Position numbers and translations under genes: made by a program. Under the pieces are notes generated by a model, which did not search any database, was not told where the DNA came from, and saw only the letters and a program-made list of their open reading frames with translations. This document shows positions 58,788 to 64,000 of a DNA stretch of 64,000 nt, one piece after another (the stretch's first letter is position 1; each line of letters starts with the position of its first letter). Source of the DNA: Octopus vulgaris (Eukaryota); contig OX597816.1 in NCBI GenBank assembly GCA_951406725.2, positions 137,082,001 through 137,146,000 of the forward strand, given 5' to 3'.

Positions 58788-59283
58788 ATGAAGACACGTA
58801 ACTGTATGTTTATACTTTGTGAAAGCGAAATATACAAACGCTTACACATAGATGCTGACATACCAAAGTATTGTGAAAAGATGAAAAAAATATAGTTAAC
58901 CTTTTACGATTCCGATTAATCTGTCAAGTCCAAGGCTTATTTATTCAGATTTTTCTAAATTAACCATGCATCATTTCATAATTTCCAGATTTTGAAGATG
59001 AGATTACTTATTTTTGAAATGACGTTTTGTAATAAGTGAGAGAAGCTGTATCGTTTCAGTGTAAACATGAAGTAGTTAAAATATTTCGACCTGATAATGC
59101 TTATGGGTGAAAGGAAATAGATAGATAAATAGGTAGCTAGATAGGTAGATAGATAGATAGATAGAGAAAAGTAAGAAAATAAGGATTCTATATACCCATA
59201 TAGGCCCGTATAGATATATATGCATGGGAAAGGGATCATTTAAATATATACAGACAGTACATATAAGCTTGCACATATGGCAC
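58785..59283 (+). repeat. Duplicated block homologous to 39125-39672
   Basis: gtatgaagacacgtaac...ttttacgattccgattaatctgtcaagtccaaggc...ataggcccgtatagat is shared. Confidence 0.85.
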
Positions 59284-59411
59284 TATGACAAAACCCTCCT
59301 TGGGCAAAACGGGAACCGGACAAAAGACCCCTAGGAGAAAATCCCCTTAGATAAAAGCCCCTCGGACAAAAGTCTCTTAGTTAAATTGCGGAAGCAGACA
59401 AACACCCCTTT

Positions 59412-59630
59412 TCTCTTTTCTCTTACTTGTTTCAGTCATTTGACTGCGGCCATGCTGGAGCACCACCTTTAATCGAACAACTCGACCCCGGGACACATTC
59501 TTTTGTAAGCCCAGTACTCATTCTGTCGGTCTCCTTTGCCGAACCGCCAAGTAACGGGGACATAAACACACCAGCATCGGTTGTCAAGCAATGCCAGGGG
59601 GACAAACACAGACACACAAACACACACACA

Positions 59631-59685
<55 letters not shown>

Positions 59686-59848
59686 GACGGGCCTCTTTCA
59701 GCTTCCATCTACCAAATCCACTCACAAGGCCTTGGTCGGCCCGAGGCTATAGTAGAAGACACGTATCCAAGGTGCCACTCAGTGGGACTGAACCCGGAAC
59801 CATGTGGTTGGTAAACAAGCTACTTACCACACAGCCACTCCTGCGCCT
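59412..59848 (-). mobile_element. Full-length tRNA-derived SINE (family A)
   Basis: Head aggcgcaggagTGGCTGTGTGG...GGTTCAGTCCC (A/B boxes), internal microsatellite, 3' end ggtgctccagcatggccgcagtcaaatgactgaaacaagtaa. Confidence 0.88.
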
Positions 59849-60749
59849 TATATTTTTTGGTTATTCTTCGTTTTTTTTATTTTCTAATTTTTTTTTTTTA
59901 CGTGTTTCAGTCATTGTGCTGCGATCATGCTGGGACACCACCTTCAGGAATTTTTAGTGAACTGTATCAACCCCAGAAATTTTTATATTTTCTTACCTGT
60001 TTCAGTCATTAGACTGCAGCTATACCGGGGCAACGCCTTGAAGAATTTTTAGTTACAGAAAAATCAGCATTTTAAAATTTAAATCTTTAGTCTTTTGCTT
60101 TCTTCTCTCTGCACTTACCTTTTGAACTGTCTCATGCCGTTCAAGGTCTAACAGAATTATGGCGCCAAAGTCTAGTCGTTCAAACGTACTTTTTATCGTT
60201 TCTGTCTTTCTACACATTTCTTGAAGTAAATGCTTATCCTTTAGTTAGAATTCAGACAATATGTACATTAAGTAGTAGAGAGTCTTGTGCTCTGTTATTC
60301 TATTCAACTTATATTTATTTTCTCCTCCTCTCCCCTCCTCTTCTCCTCTCCTTCCTTCTCCCCCTTCTCTCCCCTCCTCTTCTCCTCTCCTTCCTTCTCC
60401 CCTTCCCCCTCCTCTTCTCCCCCCTTACCTCCCCCTCTTCCCTCATCTCCCCTCTCTACACTACACCATACGACTTTACACATCACATCATATATACATA
60501 CACACGTCCAGACCTCTCATACGCACTAATACTCTCTCATACACACACATACACACTCTTCTCATACACACACACACACACACTCTTATGTTGGAGCGAG
60601 GTCATTTAACCCTATTATCTCCCCTAATTTCGGTCTTGCGTCTCACGTTTGATCTTTGACTTCTGGCCGAAATCAGATCGCCATGTTGATTCGCTAGCCT
60701 CTGCACGCATTTTTTTCTCTCCTTCTTTCTGTGTTTTTTTCTCTGTGTA

Positions 60750-60787
60750 TCTTTCTGTTGAAGAGCGTAGGCTCGAAACGTTAAAGA
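60750..60787 (+). ncRNA. Minimal hammerhead-like motif (copy of 37402-37439)
   Basis: Identical motif inside the same ~200-bp repeat. Confidence 0.5.
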
Positions 60788-60915
60788 CTTGTTTTATTTA
60801 TATTTCCTGAGCGCCATACTAATATAATTGTTTGTTTGTATTCCACCTGCCATCGTCTTTTGTTTATTTCCGTAAACCTGCCTTCGTCTTTTGTCTATTT
60901 TCATAAAGCTTTCCG

Positions 60916-60983
<68 letters not shown>

Positions 60984-61190
60984 TTGTGTTAATTGTCCTG
61001 TACTCTATTTTTTTGCTGTTTTTTAAAAAAATGTCCAGTTCCTTTGGTTTGTGCCTATGTTTTTGTTTTTCGTTTCTCATTGTGTTCGACGTCCTTTTGG
61101 TGTCCTGTACTCATATATGCGTGTATATGTACATGTAGAGGTAGGTGCGTACATATATGTTTATATATATGCATATGTTTAATTTATTTA

Positions 61191-61246
<56 letters not shown>

Positions 61247-61499
61247 TATTTTTCTTCACTCGTTTTTTAGTGGTCTAATTTGTTTTATGTCCATTGTCAC
61301 GCATCTGTGACCTTTTCAGCAACACTTCGTTTCCGTGTGTGTTCTTGTTCCACTTACTCCATTCCGTTCTTCTAAGATATGTATCCTTATGTGCGCATGC
61401 GTTTCTGTCCTTGTTTGTGAGTGTGTGTGTATGTGTGTGCGTGTATGCTTGTGTGTGTGTGTATGCTTGTGTGTGTGTGTGTGTATGTATATATATATA

Positions 61500-62150
61500 A
61501 CTTAACTTAGAATAACTTAGAAAGGTTTTGGCCAGTATTTGCCCAGACCCTGTCTAACTTAATAGCACCACCTGGCGAAGTCTTTCAGTTCAGGATTTGG
61601 GCACCAAGGCCCATTCGAGCAGAGAGTTATTGTTTGCGGAGACATATCCGGGTGTGGGTGGTTTGTCCGGTACTGTTTGAAGGAATTTGTCCAAAGACTT
61701 CTTGAATTTTGTGTGGTCAGTTTCTTTTTTGACGTGTCCTGGTGTAATGTTGAAGAGAGCGGGTCCAATTGAGGTGAAATAGTTGTGCCGTATTGTCGTT
61801 ATGTGATGCGATTTAGATTTTTGTTGTGGACGGATGGCACGTGGTCCAAGCCTTGGATGCATTTTGAAGGTGATGCCAACATCATTCGGACAGTGCTGAT
61901 GGAATATTTTCCACATCATACAGATAATGTAGCGTTCACGGCGTCGTTGGAGTGAATACAATTTCAGCTTCTCTAGTCTACCCCAGTAGTCAAGGTCTGA
62001 CATGCCATCTATCTTTTTTGTGATTGACCTTTGGGGAGCTTCAATTCTCATAATATTTTGTTTTGTGTAGGGAGACCACAGTGGACAGCAGTATTCAAGG
62101 TGGGGTCGGGCAAAAGTGGAGAAGAGAAGGATAATAGCGTGGGAATCTCT
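61500..62150 (-). mobile_element. 3' fragment of a CR1/L2-group LINE related to the 10.7-13.6 kb element
   Basis: ORF 61590-62219 contains HLEYCCPLWSP...DKPPTPGYV, nearly identical to 10758-12218. Short repeat tail near 61500. Confidence 0.88.
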
Positions 62151-63798
62151 CATATATATACACATATATAAATACATATATATATATCTATATATATATG
62201 TGTGTGTGTGTGTATGCATATATATATAGTTTTTAGTAACAGTGTGGTCTTCCCATCAACTCCATCCTCTCACCCCATTGGGCAGCTGCTGTCCCGAGAA
62301 AAAATGGTACAGTTTCTGTATTCTTCTGTGTATGTGTGTTCGCCCACGGTGTTGCCATCGTGATGGTAGTTGTTGATATTGCCATCGATGTCACCGCCGC
62401 TGCTGTTGAATGTGTTAGTAGTGTTGTTGACATCATCATGTGCGTATGTATTTCTGTGTGTGTGTGTGTGTGTGTGCGTGTATAGACTCGCTTCGTATGT
62501 ATCCATGCCCTTTATATACTTTTATTTGATAATCGAACGGTGTGAGCTAAAACCATTTTTTTCAACAGGGACCTAAGCACAACAACACCGGTTGTCAAGC
62601 GGTGATAGGGGTAGAGACACAAAGACGCACACACATGCACACATACATATATATGTACGACGGGCTTCTTTCAGTTTCTGGCTATCAAATGCACTCACAA
62701 GGCTTTGGTCGGCTCGAGGCTATAATAGAAGACTTAACTTGCAGCCACGGCTATATAAATAAATAGTTTTATTGTAGCTGTGGTTCCCTGTCTGTTGCAC
62801 CATCTCAGCTTCTATTTGTAGAACACTCTTTATCCCTCAAGAAGCTTACTTCCACAAATCAATAACCTACCAACTTGCCGTCATTCCTTACAATACATAC
62901 TTATTGTATATAATACAACCCTTCTTTATCCCTCGCCTCCCACAACGATGCGTCATTAACATGCAATCCTCACACCAAAGCTGCACTGACTTGGTGAACA
63001 AAGTCCGCAAAAACATACTCCAATGGTGGTGATACAAATCTAAAGGACTTCAAAAGCATAGAGTAAAGGAAATAACATCTATCAAAGCAACAACGAATCT
63101 CTCTCGTTGCCAAGAAGTTAACGCACTTAAAACTTTGAAAATCGCGACTACTGCTCGGTTTCACCATCGCTGACAATCTATGTTGGTGGTGCTCTTCAGG
63201 ATTAGAAAATATTCAGTCTGAAACATTACTAACCATCCACAAATGCCAATGAAATATTATTTGCAGCACTGCTCTCACCCATACAGCAGCGCAGCTGTTA
63301 CACGTAGAGATATCTTAGAACACATCTAAACATCTAAGACACTCGACTCATGAGCCACTCACAAGCCGCTACTAAGTTCACTCCAATATCTGACCCACAG
63401 ATATATTTCATCTCTACCTGCGTTTTCTACCATTATTCCAATGAACTTAACTCGTTAAAACTTCCTGGTTTTGTATCACCTCCATTAGCCCACATTTGAT
63501 CCTTTGGTTATCCATTTGGTGTCCATTGATTCAGGCCTGAAATAATCACATTCTCCTGGCATTTCTGGCTAAACCAGAAGCTCTAAATATTGTTGTATAT
63601 AATGGTTTGTTATTTAGGCATAAGATCAATAATTTTGAGAGGATAGGATACATCGACAACGTAACTTAAATGTGGTGCTTTATGTTGTCGACCCCGAAAT
63701 GATGATTAGCAAAGATGATCTTGACGGGATTTGTACTCAGAATGTAAAAAGTCGGAACAAATACTACAAGGAATTTATTTCAATGTTCTAAGGTAATA

Positions 63799-64000
63799 TC
63801 AGGTCATCCCATAAGTTCTGTCCGATTTTACCCTTTTTAAAATAGTATTTTAGAATGTCTAATGGAATTAAAAATTATTTTTATGCATTTGTGTACATTT
63901 AAACTAATTAAATATTATTTTATAGAATAATAGAATTAAAATTTCTTTGATTAAAACCCATTCTAACATGGAAATATTCAAAGAACATTTAAGGCACATA
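63799..64000 (+). mobile_element. 5' end of the same mariner insertion, present through segmental duplication
   Basis: Same left TIR, TA and upstream flank as at 29656. Confidence 0.88.

Larger units (their letters stand above)
61290..64000 (+). repeat. Segmental duplication of 27704-29860
   Basis: Near-identical unique sequence, SINE remnants and mariner junction in both copies. The LINE fragment 61500-62150 is present only in this copy. Confidence 0.92.

Noticed and set aside
59780-59848. tRNA gene
   Set aside because: A/B boxes belong to SINE heads that continue into SINE bodies; no full cloverleaf.

Overview
AT-rich, microsatellite-dense eukaryotic DNA; the SINE families and repeat style suggest an octopus (cephalopod) genome (inference). 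The host content is three intronless paralogues (23338-24825 +, 32168-33646 + with two compensating homopolymer frameshifts, 56527-58005 -). Each encodes a ~492-495 aa predicted secreted protein: signal peptide, six Sushi/CCP modules and a Cys-rich, possibly SRCR-like, C-terminal domain whose sequence is hypervariable between copies. The paralogues are mosaics: copies 1 and 2 share a 512-bp tract that reads as identical. They also share a TATA promoter, and there is an orphan promoter copy. A segmental duplication running off the right edge predicts a further copy. The rest is mobile DNA: a near-full-length RTE LINE, two CR1/L2-group LINEs, mariner elements, Helitron-like elements, three tRNA-SINE families and Penelope-like (GIY-YIG) remnants. 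There are also more than a dozen minimal type I hammerhead ribozyme motifs in tandem and inverted repeats. Many have palindromic stem III and several carry a compensatory U3-A8 core. Most ORFs in the supplied track are microsatellite artefacts. All alignments and folds were done by eye.
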